From positions 3,330-67,329 of the forward strand of contig DBFEBE010000082.1 in assembly GCA_048318985.1 (NCBI GenBank): a stretch of DNA of 64,000 nt, given 5' to 3'. This document shows, piece after piece, positions 51,554 to 60,139 of the stretch. Below the pieces are notes generated by a model. That model was not told the DNA's origin, ran no database searches, and saw nothing but the letters and a program-made list of their open reading frames with translations. Made by a program: the position numbers and the translations under genes. The DNA is from Collinsella sp. Its GTDB lineage: Bacteria; Actinomycetota; Coriobacteriia; Coriobacteriales; Coriobacteriaceae. Within the stretch, counting starts at the first letter, position 1. Every line of letters begins with the position of its first letter.

Positions 51554-52528
51554 ATGCGCATCGCAGCCATCGATTTGGGCACCGTATCTTCTCGTCTGCT
51601 GCTGGGGGAGGTCGACGGCGGCGCCGCCCTGCGCTGGCGGACCGAGACCCGCATCACGGACCTCGGCGAGGGGGTCGACGCGACCGGCCGGCTCTCCGAG
51701 GCGGCGATGGCGCGCGTGACCGATGCCTGCACGGAGTTTATCGGCATGGCACGGGACTACGGGGCCGAAGTCATCTCGACGACTCTCACGAGCGCGGCGC
51801 GCGATGCCGAGAACGGGAGCGACCTGCTGGGCGCCCTGCGTGCGCTCAGCCTGGCGCCCCGCGTGATCGCGGGGGAGACGGAGGCGCGCCTGACGTTTTT
51901 CGGCGTTGCGCACGATTTCGCGGGCGAGCGCATCTTGGTGGCCGATTCGGGGGGCGGGTCGACCGAGCTCGCGCTGGGAAGCTATCGCCCGGGCGAGCCC
52001 TTGTCCTTGGACCATGCGGTCTCGCTCGATTTGGGGTGCCGGCGCATCACGGACCGCTTCCTCTCCACGTCGCCCGTTCCCACCGACGAGGAGATGCGGG
52101 AGGCCGGGCGCTGGGCGCACGGCATGATCGATGCGGCGCTTGCCGGCACGCCCGCTCGTCCCGACCGTCTCGTGGCGGTGGGCGGCACGGCGACGACGCT
52201 TGTCGCTATGGCGTGCGGCCTTGCGGTCTACGACCCGGCATTCGTCCATCTGCATGGGCTGACGGCCGCGGATGTGGACCGTTGCGTATCGCTGATGGCG
52301 GGCAAGACGGCGGCGGAGATCGCGGAGCTTCCCGGCGTCCAGGCGAAACGCGCCCCGGTTCTTCTCGGTGGTGCGCTCATCGTGCGCGAGCTGTTGGCGG
52401 CGGGCGGTTACGGCGAGCTCACCGTCAGCGAGAACAGCCTGCTGGCGGGCATGGCGGCGACGATCGCCGAGGTCGTGGACGGACGGGCCGCCGCCGTTGG
52501 CTGGACGCCGGAGCTTGTGAGGCTGTAG
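51554..52528 (+). CDS. ppx: Ppx/GppA-family exopolyphosphatase
   Basis: IAAIDLGTVSSR, TSAARDAEN, EARLTF, DSGGGSTE, VGGTATTL. Confidence 0.9.
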   Translation: MRIAAIDLGTVSSRLLLGEVDGGAALRWRTETRITDLGEGVDATGRLSEAAMARVTDACTEFIGMARDYGAEVISTTLTSAARDAENGSDLLGALRALSLAPRVIAGETEARLTFFGVAHDFAGERILVADSGGGSTELALGSYRPGEPLSLDHAVSLDLGCRRITDRFLSTSPVPTDEEMREAGRWAHGMIDAALAGTPARPDRLVAVGGTATTLVAMACGLAVYDPAFVHLHGLTAADVDRCVSLMAGKTAAEIAELPGVQAKRAPVLLGGALIVRELLAAGGYGELTVSENSLLAGMAATIAEVVDGRAAAVGWTPELVRL

Positions 52529-52599
52529 GGGGCATCCTCCGCGGCGCATATATCGCCCAAAAACGAAGCGGGCCCCTTGCCGGGACCCGCGATTGCGTA

Positions 52600-52684
52600 T
52601 GGTAGGGGCGGTGGGACTCGAACCCACAATCCTTTCGGCCGAAGATTTTAAGTCTCCTGCGTATGCCAATTCCGCCACGCCCCC
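52600..52684 (-). tRNA. tRNA-Leu (anticodon TAA)
   Basis: Reverse complement GGGGGCGTGGCGGAATTGGCATACGCAGGAGACTTAAAATCTTC...GGTTCGAGTCCCACCGCCCCTACCA; long variable arm; encoded CCA. Confidence 0.97.
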
Positions 52685-52740
52685 GTAAGCGCTTAGTGTA
52701 GCACGCCGCGCCCGCAAGGGGCCAAGACGGGCTTCCGAGG

Positions 52741-53337
52741 CTAGCCGCGCACGTTCTTGAGGTGCTCGTTGCGGCGCTCCATGTCGCCGCGCATCTCGTA
52801 TTGCAGGGCGAGGAGGTATTCGAGCTGTCCGCGACGGGCGCCCTTGGCGGCTTGGAGCTCCTGCTCCATCTCGTCGATGTGGGAGGTCCGCTTGAGCAGG
52901 ACGATGTCGTACAGCTGGCGGCATTCGCGCTGCTTGTCAGCGAGCTTCTTGTCGTCCCAGCTCTCGATCTCGTCGAGCATCGCCTTGGCGCGCTTGGTCT
53001 TCCCCTCGTTCACGTAGATGTTGAGCGCCTTGACCACAAGGTCGATGCGCTGCGTGCGGCTCGCCTTCTGCGTGAGGAGACCATCGAGCACGCGGCCGGC
53101 CGCCTTGGTGTCACCTTTGACGAGATAGGCGTTGAGGCGCAGGTACTCGCGGTTGTATTCGGGGAAGAGGTAGCGGACGAGCTTGGAGTCGAGCAGCTCG
53201 AACAGCTCGTCGAAGCGCTTCTGGTTGAGCAGCGTCTGCATCTGCATGAAGCGGCGCTGCTTGAGCGCGGTGATCGCGAGCGACGCGATGGCAAGGATGA
53301 CGAACAGGGCGATGGTGATCTGGGTGAAAAGCTTCAT
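52741..53337 (-). CDS. Hypothetical protein with N-terminal TM anchor and TPR-like helical region
   Basis: MKLFTQITIALFVILAIASLAITAL followed by amphipathic helices; GAGGA RBS. Confidence 0.7.
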   Translation of the reverse strand: MKLFTQITIALFVILAIASLAITALKQRRFMQMQTLLNQKRFDELFELLDSKLVRYLFPEYNREYLRLNAYLVKGDTKAAGRVLDGLLTQKASRTQRIDLVVKALNIYVNEGKTKRAKAMLDEIESWDDKKLADKQRECRQLYDIVLLKRTSHIDEMEQELQAAKGARRGQLEYLLALQYEMRGDMERRNEHLKNVRG

Positions 53338-53473
53338 GGGTTCCTCGCATGCAGGGGTACGTGTGCGGCATATTGTAGGCGATGCCGGACCGTCGCTCCA
53401 GCAGTAATCCCCGTGAAGGCATCCCGCGCATGCTACCATGGCCGAAGTACTCCACCGTGGCGAAGGGAACGCT

Positions 53474-53758
53474 GTGAAAAAGATCGTTGTGGCATGCGGC
53501 AGCGGCGTCGCGACCTCGATGGCGGTGGCCGAGAAGCTGTCCGCCCTTCTGGACGGGCAGGGCTTTGCGGGGACGTACCGCATCGTGCGCTGCCCCATGT
53601 CGCGCGTGCTCTCGGAGTGCGCGGACGCCGCGATGCTCGTGGCGACGACCCCGGCTCCCATCGGCGTGACATGCGAGTACGTGAGCGCCGTCTCATTCCT
53701 AACCGGCATGGGACAGAAGGATGCTGAGCGGCGCGTGCTGGCTATCATGGGTGCATAG
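53474..53758 (+). CDS. PTS EIIB component (galactitol/ascorbate type), orphan
   Basis: GTG start; KKIVVACGSGVATS phosphorylation-loop motif. Confidence 0.85.
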   Translation: MKKIVVACGSGVATSMAVAEKLSALLDGQGFAGTYRIVRCPMSRVLSECADAAMLVATTPAPIGVTCEYVSAVSFLTGMGQKDAERRVLAIMGA

Positions 53759-53813
53759 GCGTTCGTTAACAAGGAGCCCGGTCCGGTGGATACGGGCTGC
53801 GAAAGGAGCAGCG

Positions 53814-54194
53814 ATGGCAGACATCAAGCGCGAGAACCCGGTCGACCTGTTCGATATGTACGTCGCCCACATCGGCATCAACGCCGCGGACCCGGAGGAT
53901 GCGAACCGCATCGCCGAGCGCTTCGCGACGTTGATGGGGCTCGAGGCGCGCGATACCCCGAAATCGGTGTTCTCGGGCACGCTGGTCGAGACGATGAAGC
54001 AGAACGGTCGTGGCGCGAACGGGCACATCGGCTTCCATGTGAACGACCTCGACGCCGCCGGTGCCTGGTTCGCCGAGCGCGGCTTCGAGCTCAACGAGGA
54101 GACGCGCGCGCTCAACGAGGACGGCAGCCCTCGCCTCATCTACTTCAAGGAGGAGATCGGCGGCTTCGCCATCCACCTTACGACCGATAAATAG
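53814..54194 (+). CDS. VOC/glyoxalase-fold protein
   Basis: AHIGIN, GANGHIGF, IYFKEEIGGFAIHL; resembles the C-terminal module of some Eda aldolases. Confidence 0.7.
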   Translation: MADIKRENPVDLFDMYVAHIGINAADPEDANRIAERFATLMGLEARDTPKSVFSGTLVETMKQNGRGANGHIGFHVNDLDAAGAWFAERGFELNEETRALNEDGSPRLIYFKEEIGGFAIHLTTDK

Positions 54195-54281
54195 ATTCCG
54201 GGCACCGTGTTCGTGCTTCGCTGCAAGATTTTGAAAAAATCCCTTGCGGCGGCCGCAAGGTTTGCTATTATTTAACAGCAC

Positions 54282-54368
54282 GCGGGCGTGGCGGAATTGG
54301 CAGACGCGTATGGTTCAGGTCCATATGGGGGCAACCCCGTGAAGGTTCAAGTCCTTTCGCCCGCACCA
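54282..54368 (+). tRNA. tRNA-Leu (anticodon CAG)
   Basis: GCGGGCGTGGCGGAATTGGCAGACGCGTATGGTTCAGGTCCATA...GGTTCAAGTCCTTTCGCCCGCACCA; TTGCGG/TATTAT promoter upstream. Confidence 0.97.
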
Positions 54369-54377
54369 TAGAATGTT

Positions 54378-54404
54378 AAAGGCTCCAGAGATGGAGCCTT
54401 TTTC
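54378..54404 (+). terminator. Intrinsic terminator after tRNA-Leu(CAG)
   Basis: AAAGGCTCCA-GAGA-TGGAGCCTTTTT. Confidence 0.85.
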
Positions 54405-54455
54405 GTCTAGAGGGGACATCTTAGAGAGGACCGTCGGCGCGGGGCATCCGCGGGC

Positions 54456-54597
54456 CTCAAATTGGTGACAGGCGCCAAACTGAGGCTCGGGTTGCGTGTG
54501 CGCGGGGTAGGCCGGTTGCCGTCGCGGTCTCTCGGGTGCAACCCGTGCTCTATCCGAATGCGCCTGCTTCAAAAAAAGTGCCTGTCCCCAATTTGAG
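54456..54597. repeat. Inverted pair of REP-like repeats (copies 2 and 3)
   Basis: CTCAAATTGGTGACAGGCGCCAAACTGAG (54456-54484) and TTCAAAAAAAGTGCCTGTCCCCAATTTGAG (54568-54597). Confidence 0.7.
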
Positions 54598-54705
54598 AGC
54601 CGGGCTGCGCGGGGAAGTCTTGCGTTTTCTCTTCCGTATGCAGTGAACGCATGATATAGGGTGTGATTATGCACTGGCTTCTCATGGGTTTCTGTTCCGT
54701 TGGGC

Positions 54706-54931
54706 GAGGGTGGTCAAAATCCACGTCGAGACAGTATCGCTTTGCACCGACAGGCGGCTGATGGACCACGGTTGTATGCCCGGGAAGCGATTTCGCCACT
54801 TCCAGGAGCGGCAATCAAGAAAGATATCAAACAGATGTCTCTGAACGAGCTTTCTCCAGGGGGCTGGACGCTGAACTGAATCGTGCATACGCGTTCTGGA
54901 TACTGTCTCGACCCGGTTTTTGGCCAGTCTC
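54706..54931. repeat. 226-bp non-coding element bounded by 33-bp imperfect inverted repeats
   Basis: 54706-54738 versus reverse complement of 54899-54931: 27/33, inner 14 bp (GTCGAGACAGTATC) perfect. Confidence 0.75.
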
Positions 54932-55182
54932 ATGTTCCTGCATGGGACGCCAGCCATATCCGAGAAGTGCCAGCGCTCAAAAAGGCGCTTGGCTTCAAAT
55001 CGAGCGCTGATCCGGGGTGTTCGGCGGTCTCCGGCTCCGGTGCGTCCCGGTTGCCCGCGCACATTCGGCCAGCGGCGGCATGGTACGATGCCTGAGTACG
55101 TTTACCGCGCGTCGCGAGGCGCCGTCCCGCGGGCCGGACAGGTCGCTCGCGTGCATGTTTCGATATTTCGAAGGAGGGAACC

Positions 55183-56190
55183 GTGGTGCACACTCCCCGC
55201 GCCGTGCGCAGCCGCCTGCGCAAGACCGCGCTCTCGCCGCGCCTGGTCGGGCTTGTCACCTTTTCGTTCTCCCTGTTGGGTCTTGGCGTGGCGGGCTATG
55301 CCGCGACGCTGCCCTCGCTGGTCGAGATCGCCGAGCACGTCGAATCCGGCGGAAGGTTTCAAGCGGTCGCGACCGGCTGGCTCAGCGCCTCGATTGGATC
55401 GAAGGGTTCCGGCGGATCTGACGGAGACTCGTCTAAAGACGCCGGTGATGATGCCAAGCAAGATGGGGACGCAGACAAGGACGCATCGACGTCGAAGAGC
55501 CCCTTGGGCGGAGCTTCCTTCAGCGGCATCAAGACCCCTGCGGGCACGATCGGCGGAGATGCCGGTGGCGAGAAGCCGTCTGGAGGCTCCAGCGGATCCG
55601 GCGGTGACGCTGCGTCCAGCGGCGCGTCCGGCGGCTCGAACTCGGGCGGCACGGGTAACGGTGGGACGGCGAACGGCGGCGGTTCCGGCGGTTCCGGTAG
55701 CGTCCCCGACGAGCCCGCTGTTCCCGAAACCCCCACGGAGCCCCCTGTCGCGGAGGAGAAGGAGCGCGAGGTCTACAATGCCCTCTATGCGAAGGCAAGC
55801 CTCATCGACGGCTACGTTTCCCGGATCAACGCAGCGACCCAGTCCTTCAACAGCGATTGCCTCGCCTCCCAGGACCTGCGCCGCCAGCGCTACGTCGAGG
55901 TGGACGGTCTCATGAATGCGGCGCTGGGCGAGTACCTCGCGGTGCGCGACGGTATCGACGTGCCCAACGCGTCGCGTTACAAGGATGCGCAGGGCGATCT
56001 GATCAACATGTACCGCCTGCTTACCGAGTATTGCGCCACGTTGCGCGAGGCGTGGGGGATCAACAAGGAACTCGCGGATCCCGCGGCGAACGTCGACGCG
56101 TTCATGGCTCCCATCCGCGCGGAAGAGGTCAACGGGGTCAACCGCCAGCTGGCGGAATTCCAACAGGTTTACGGAAGGTTTTCGCTGTGA
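55183..56190 (+). CDS. Hypothetical membrane-anchored or secreted protein with Gly/Ser-rich linker and helical C-domain
   Basis: GTG start after GGAGGGA; N-terminal hydrophobic segment; GTGA overlap with the kinase start. Confidence 0.75.
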   Translation: MVHTPRAVRSRLRKTALSPRLVGLVTFSFSLLGLGVAGYAATLPSLVEIAEHVESGGRFQAVATGWLSASIGSKGSGGSDGDSSKDAGDDAKQDGDADKDASTSKSPLGGASFSGIKTPAGTIGGDAGGEKPSGGSSGSGGDAASSGASGGSNSGGTGNGGTANGGGSGGSGSVPDEPAVPETPTEPPVAEEKEREVYNALYAKASLIDGYVSRINAATQSFNSDCLASQDLRRQRYVEVDGLMNAALGEYLAVRDGIDVPNASRYKDAQGDLINMYRLLTEYCATLREAWGINKELADPAANVDAFMAPIRAEEVNGVNRQLAEFQQVYGRFSL

Positions 56191-57965
56191 GTGAGCTATC
56201 GGGACAACAGGCCGACGAGTCCCTGTCGGGTGACGGGGCATCGATCGCCGCAGCCGCGGACGGCTTCCCCCGCGGTGCGCGCCTGGTGCGCCTGGAGGAA
56301 TTCGAGGAGCCGTTTCGCATGGATCCCGATGAGAGGACGGCGTACCGCCGCCGGTTCTCCACCCTGTTCGTGGATGAATCGACCGCGTGCCGCGGCGGTT
56401 TGGGCACCGTGGCGCGCGCTTCCAACGCGATGGGGGAGTCCTGTGCGCTCAAGACCCTCATCATGCCCGAGCGGGGGGAGTCCGAAGACGACGCCGCGTA
56501 CGCCGCGCGCTGCGAGCTCGCGTGCGCGGCGTTCCGCGCGGAGTACGAGAGCCAACGCTCCCTGTCTGGGTTCAAGGGCTTTCCCAAGCTGTTCGGTTTC
56601 GCGCAGGTCGATGGATCCCCTGCGATCGTCATGGAATGGGTCGAGGGCGTGACGCTCGCCAAGGCGGCGCGCGTGCTCGCCGCCGACGAGGACGGAAGGC
56701 TGTCCCCGCTTACCGCGGCACGTTTCGGTCGCGATCTGTTCGGCCTGCTCACCCGCCTCGAACTCGTAGGCGAGGGGTTCGTCCACCGCGACATCTCGCC
56801 GTCGAACATCTTGGTGCGCACCAACCACCTGTCCGTCTCCGAGCAGGCGGACGAGGGCACGTTCGACCTCTGTCTGATCGACTTCGGTTCCTCGGTGAGC
56901 CTCGATCCGCCGACGGAGCCGGGCTATACCGCGCGCTACGCCATGATGCGCTGCGCGACCGCGGATTACGCCCCGCCGGAGATGCTGACCGTCGACCTGC
57001 CCGACCTGACGGAGCTGAGGAAATCCGCGAAGATCGACGTCTATGCCGCGGCGAGCGTCATCTTCGAGCTCGCGGGCGGCAGCGCTCCGTACGACCTGGG
57101 CGCACGGCCCGACGTGTCTCTGTACCGCATCAAGATGGATGAGCCGCCACGCCCGCTCGTCATGGCGCATGAGGCTGCGGTCGATGTGCGCGAGGTCACG
57201 GCGTCCGAGCCGGAGGTCGCCGCGGTCGCGGACGGCGCGCTGCTGGACATGAGGGACGAGCATGATGCCGCCGATCTGCGCCGCGCTCTCGTTCGTGTGG
57301 ATGCGCAGCTTGCAGACATCCTGCGCGACGGCTTGGCTGCGTCTCAACCGGATCGTCCCGCGGCTGAGTTTCTGCGTAATCGGTTGGCGTCGTTTTGCGC
57401 CCAGTACGGGCAGAATGTGCTGCACGCCCTGCACGGCGAGCCGCTCATTCCGTGCGCGGACAGCGCGGACGGCCAGCTGCCCGTTGCCCCGAGGGTCGTG
57501 AACCGCCTGGTGGGCGTGATCGGCCTCGCTCTTTCTGGGTCGGCGCTGCTCGCCGTCTGCGGCTTGACGGGCTTGCTGCTCGACGGCGCGACCGCGACGC
57601 TGCGGATGGGCTCGCTTGCCGTCGAGATCGAGCTCACGATGGGTTGGATCGCGTGCATCCTCGCGCTGCCGGCGGCGTCCGGCCTGGCGGCGCGCAGCCT
57701 GGGGCGCGATGCGCGCAGCCGCTTCGCGTGCGGAACGGCTGCGCTGGTCCTGGTCGCCGCGGTCCTGCTCGTCGCGGCGGCGAACGTGGAGTTTGCGGGC
57801 GAGAGCGGCAGGTTGCCCTTGATGTCCGCGGTGTTTTCGCCGCGGCTGCGGGGTGGTGCCCGCTGGTGCTCGAGCTCGCGACGCTTTCGGATCCCGCAGC
57901 GGCGTCACGGGCGCTGCCGGAGCTTCCCGGAGCGGTGCAGTATGTTGTCGGCGACGCGGCCGTGA
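56187..57965 (+). CDS. Hanks-type Ser/Thr protein kinase with C-terminal TM helices (probable frameshift near 57835; natural end may be 58024)
   Basis: GGLGTV, ALK, HRDISPSN, DFG, YAPPE and DVYAA subdomain motifs; several hydrophobic helices after the kinase domain. Confidence 0.88.
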   Translation: MSELSGQQADESLSGDGASIAAAADGFPRGARLVRLEEFEEPFRMDPDERTAYRRRFSTLFVDESTACRGGLGTVARASNAMGESCALKTLIMPERGESEDDAAYAARCELACAAFRAEYESQRSLSGFKGFPKLFGFAQVDGSPAIVMEWVEGVTLAKAARVLAADEDGRLSPLTAARFGRDLFGLLTRLELVGEGFVHRDISPSNILVRTNHLSVSEQADEGTFDLCLIDFGSSVSLDPPTEPGYTARYAMMRCATADYAPPEMLTVDLPDLTELRKSAKIDVYAAASVIFELAGGSAPYDLGARPDVSLYRIKMDEPPRPLVMAHEAAVDVREVTASEPEVAAVADGALLDMRDEHDAADLRRALVRVDAQLADILRDGLAASQPDRPAAEFLRNRLASFCAQYGQNVLHALHGEPLIPCADSADGQLPVAPRVVNRLVGVIGLALSGSALLAVCGLTGLLLDGATATLRMGSLAVEIELTMGWIACILALPAASGLAARSLGRDARSRFACGTAALVLVAAVLLVAAANVEFAGESGRLPLMSAVFSPRLRGGARWCSSSRRFRIPQRRHGRCRSFPERCSMLSATRP

Positions 57966-58004
57966 CCGCGCCCGCCATGGAATCGATGCAAGGTGAGGTA
58001 TCCG

Positions 58005-58991
58005 ATGCAGCTGATGCGCGCTAGCGAGCTGACCCCGTGCGGGGCGCTTTTCGATGTGCTTAAGCGCTATGGAGGCGTCAGCCACAAAGAACTTGCCGTC
58101 ATGATCTTGTCAGATCGCCCGCTCCTCGATGGACGCAGCCCGGCGAGCCGCGCGTCAGACCGCACGTGGGTGTCTCGCTCCATCGTTCATGCGCCGATCG
58201 GCGCAGTGCAGGAGAGCTATTTCAGGGATTACGGCGTTGCGGCGCGGCGGATCGTCGACCGCCTGCACGCCTCCCGGGCCGGCACCTCTTCGTACTCCGA
58301 CATCCTCCGCATGGTCTGCGGGGCTCCGGGGGAGGTGATGGTGCATGCGCTCGAGAGGTGCCAGGGAGATATCCGCCTGTATCGCAACGCGCTCGAGCGC
58401 ATGGGATGCGGCGAGGGCTACACCGCCGGCGAGCGGGCCGAGGCGGCCATGGTGCTGTTCGTCGCTGCGGGATGCTCGGCAAGCGTCACCAAGGCGGTCG
58501 ATTACACCACGGGCTACATCCGCTCTGTCATGGGGGGAAGGCTGGGCACGCCTACGTCGTGCCCGGTTCCGCTCACCGTTGCCCACGAGGATGTCGAGGT
58601 GACGCTGCCTTGCGCCATGGGCTTCGTCCGCGTGGAGGACGGGCGCATCTCGAGCGGTCCCTACTGGGTGTCGTCGGACGGCCGGGGTGCCGAGATCGGA
58701 GCCCTGGCCACGGGACCGATGGATATCACGGATGTGGCGGGCGACGTCTCGGCGCGGCACGCGCGCGTATGGTACGAGCAGGATGGGCCGTCGGACAGCT
58801 CCGGCTCCGGCCGCTGGATGCTGCGCGACCTCGACTCGAGCAACGGGACCGTCGTGATCGACGGCGGCACCGGAGCGCCCGTGCGCCTGGAAGGCGATGC
58901 GGCCGTCGAGATCCATCCCGGCGACGAGGTCATTCTGGGTTCAAGCACCGCCTTCATCCTGGTGGAAGGCGCCGCCAGCGTAGCTCGTTAA
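58005..58991 (+). CDS. FHA-domain protein with uncharacterised N-terminal helical domain
   Basis: DVSARHARV, WMLRDLDSSNGT, IHPGDEVILG; GAGGT RBS before ATG 58005. Confidence 0.85.
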   Translation: MQLMRASELTPCGALFDVLKRYGGVSHKELAVMILSDRPLLDGRSPASRASDRTWVSRSIVHAPIGAVQESYFRDYGVAARRIVDRLHASRAGTSSYSDILRMVCGAPGEVMVHALERCQGDIRLYRNALERMGCGEGYTAGERAEAAMVLFVAAGCSASVTKAVDYTTGYIRSVMGGRLGTPTSCPVPLTVAHEDVEVTLPCAMGFVRVEDGRISSGPYWVSSDGRGAEIGALATGPMDITDVAGDVSARHARVWYEQDGPSDSSGSGRWMLRDLDSSNGTVVIDGGTGAPVRLEGDAAVEIHPGDEVILGSSTAFILVEGAASVAR

Positions 58992-59034
58992 CCCGAGGTG
59001 ACATCGTCGGGACAAGCGGATGCGATGCAAAACG

Positions 59035-59077
59035 ACGCCCGGCCCGCCGCTGTCCTGTGCGGCGGGCCGGGCGTTTT
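59035..59077. terminator. Terminator between the convergent FHA and polyprenyl synthase genes
   Basis: ACGCCCGGCCCGCCGC-N8-GCGGCGGGCCGGGCGT followed by TTT. Confidence 0.8.
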
Positions 59078-59124
59078 GGAAACGTGGCTAACGGCTTTCG
59101 CGATGCTGCGGCCGCGTGACTCGC

Positions 59125-60138
59125 TTACTTCAGGCGGTCGACGAAGAAATCCGCCATGCTGAAGAACAGCTCCTTGGCTTCAGCTTCCAGATCGAGCGCT
59201 GCGAGCGCCGTTTTCGCGCGCTCGGTGAGGTCGTGCGCGTAGGCGCGCGCGAAGTCGAGCGACCCGATCGCCTCGAAGATCTCGACGGCGCGGTCGAGAT
59301 CTTCCGGTTCAGACGAGCCGGAGGTGAGGATCTCGAGCAGCTCGGCGCGCTGCGCTCCCGCGGCCGTCTCGAGCGCGTGCACGGCGATGAGGGTGCGCTT
59401 GCCCTCGGTGATGTCGGTGCGGAAATCCTTCTCGGCAGGGTCGCCGAGAAGGTTGAGCAGGTCGTCCTGGATCTGGAACGCAAGGCCGGTGTCCATACCG
59501 AACGCCCTCAGGCCCTCGATCTGCGTCTCGTCGCCGCCGCCGATGATGGCGCCGCAGGCCAAGGGGATCGCTCCGCTGTAGTAGGCGGTCTTGCGCGACG
59601 CCATGGCGAGGTAGTCCGCGACGCCGATGTCGAAGCGCCCGTCGCGGACCCAGCCCAGGTCGAGCGCCTGGCCCTCGATGGTGCGGACGGTCATGTCGGA
59701 CAGCTCGCCCAGGACGCGGAGCTTCACGGCGTCGTCGAGCGCGGGATCGCGCAGGACGCTCGAGAACACGAGCGTCAGGTCAAGGTCGCCGCAGTTGATC
59801 GCGAGGCCCTCGCCCTCGGTGATGTGGAGGCAGGGCTTGCCGCGGCGCAGCTGGCCGTTGTCGGCGATGTCGTCGTGGATGAGCGCGGCGCTCTGGAAGT
59901 GCTCGATGGCGGCGGCGGCGGAGCGGGCGCACTCCATGGAACCGCCCACGGCGCGGCAGGCGAGCATGCAGATGAGCGGGCGGTGGCGCTTGCCCGCGTT
60001 GTCGGAGTAGCGCTTGAGCGGAGCGTAGAGGTAGGTCTCGACGTCGTCGTTGTCGGTCTGCTCGCAGAAGAACGAACCCAGGTAGCCGTCGAGGTCGCCT
60101 GCGTGCTCGCGCAGAAACGCAGCGAAAAGGCCGTCCAT
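59125..60138 (-). CDS. Polyprenyl diphosphate synthase (GGPP synthase-like)
   Basis: GKRHRP, LIHDDIAD...RRG, GQALD, KTA, FQIQDDLL, DITEGKRT. Confidence 0.93.
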   Translation of the reverse strand: MDGLFAAFLREHAGDLDGYLGSFFCEQTDNDDVETYLYAPLKRYSDNAGKRHRPLICMLACRAVGGSMECARSAAAAIEHFQSAALIHDDIADNGQLRRGKPCLHITEGEGLAINCGDLDLTLVFSSVLRDPALDDAVKLRVLGELSDMTVRTIEGQALDLGWVRDGRFDIGVADYLAMASRKTAYYSGAIPLACGAIIGGGDETQIEGLRAFGMDTGLAFQIQDDLLNLLGDPAEKDFRTDITEGKRTLIAVHALETAAGAQRAELLEILTSGSSEPEDLDRAVEIFEAIGSLDFARAYAHDLTERAKTALAALDLEAEAKELFFSMADFFVDRLK

Positions 60139-60139
60139 G

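Noticed and set aside
52600..59100. tRNA-anchored integrative element or prophage
   Set aside because: No integrase, no phage genes and no duplicated tRNA 3' end (att site) found.
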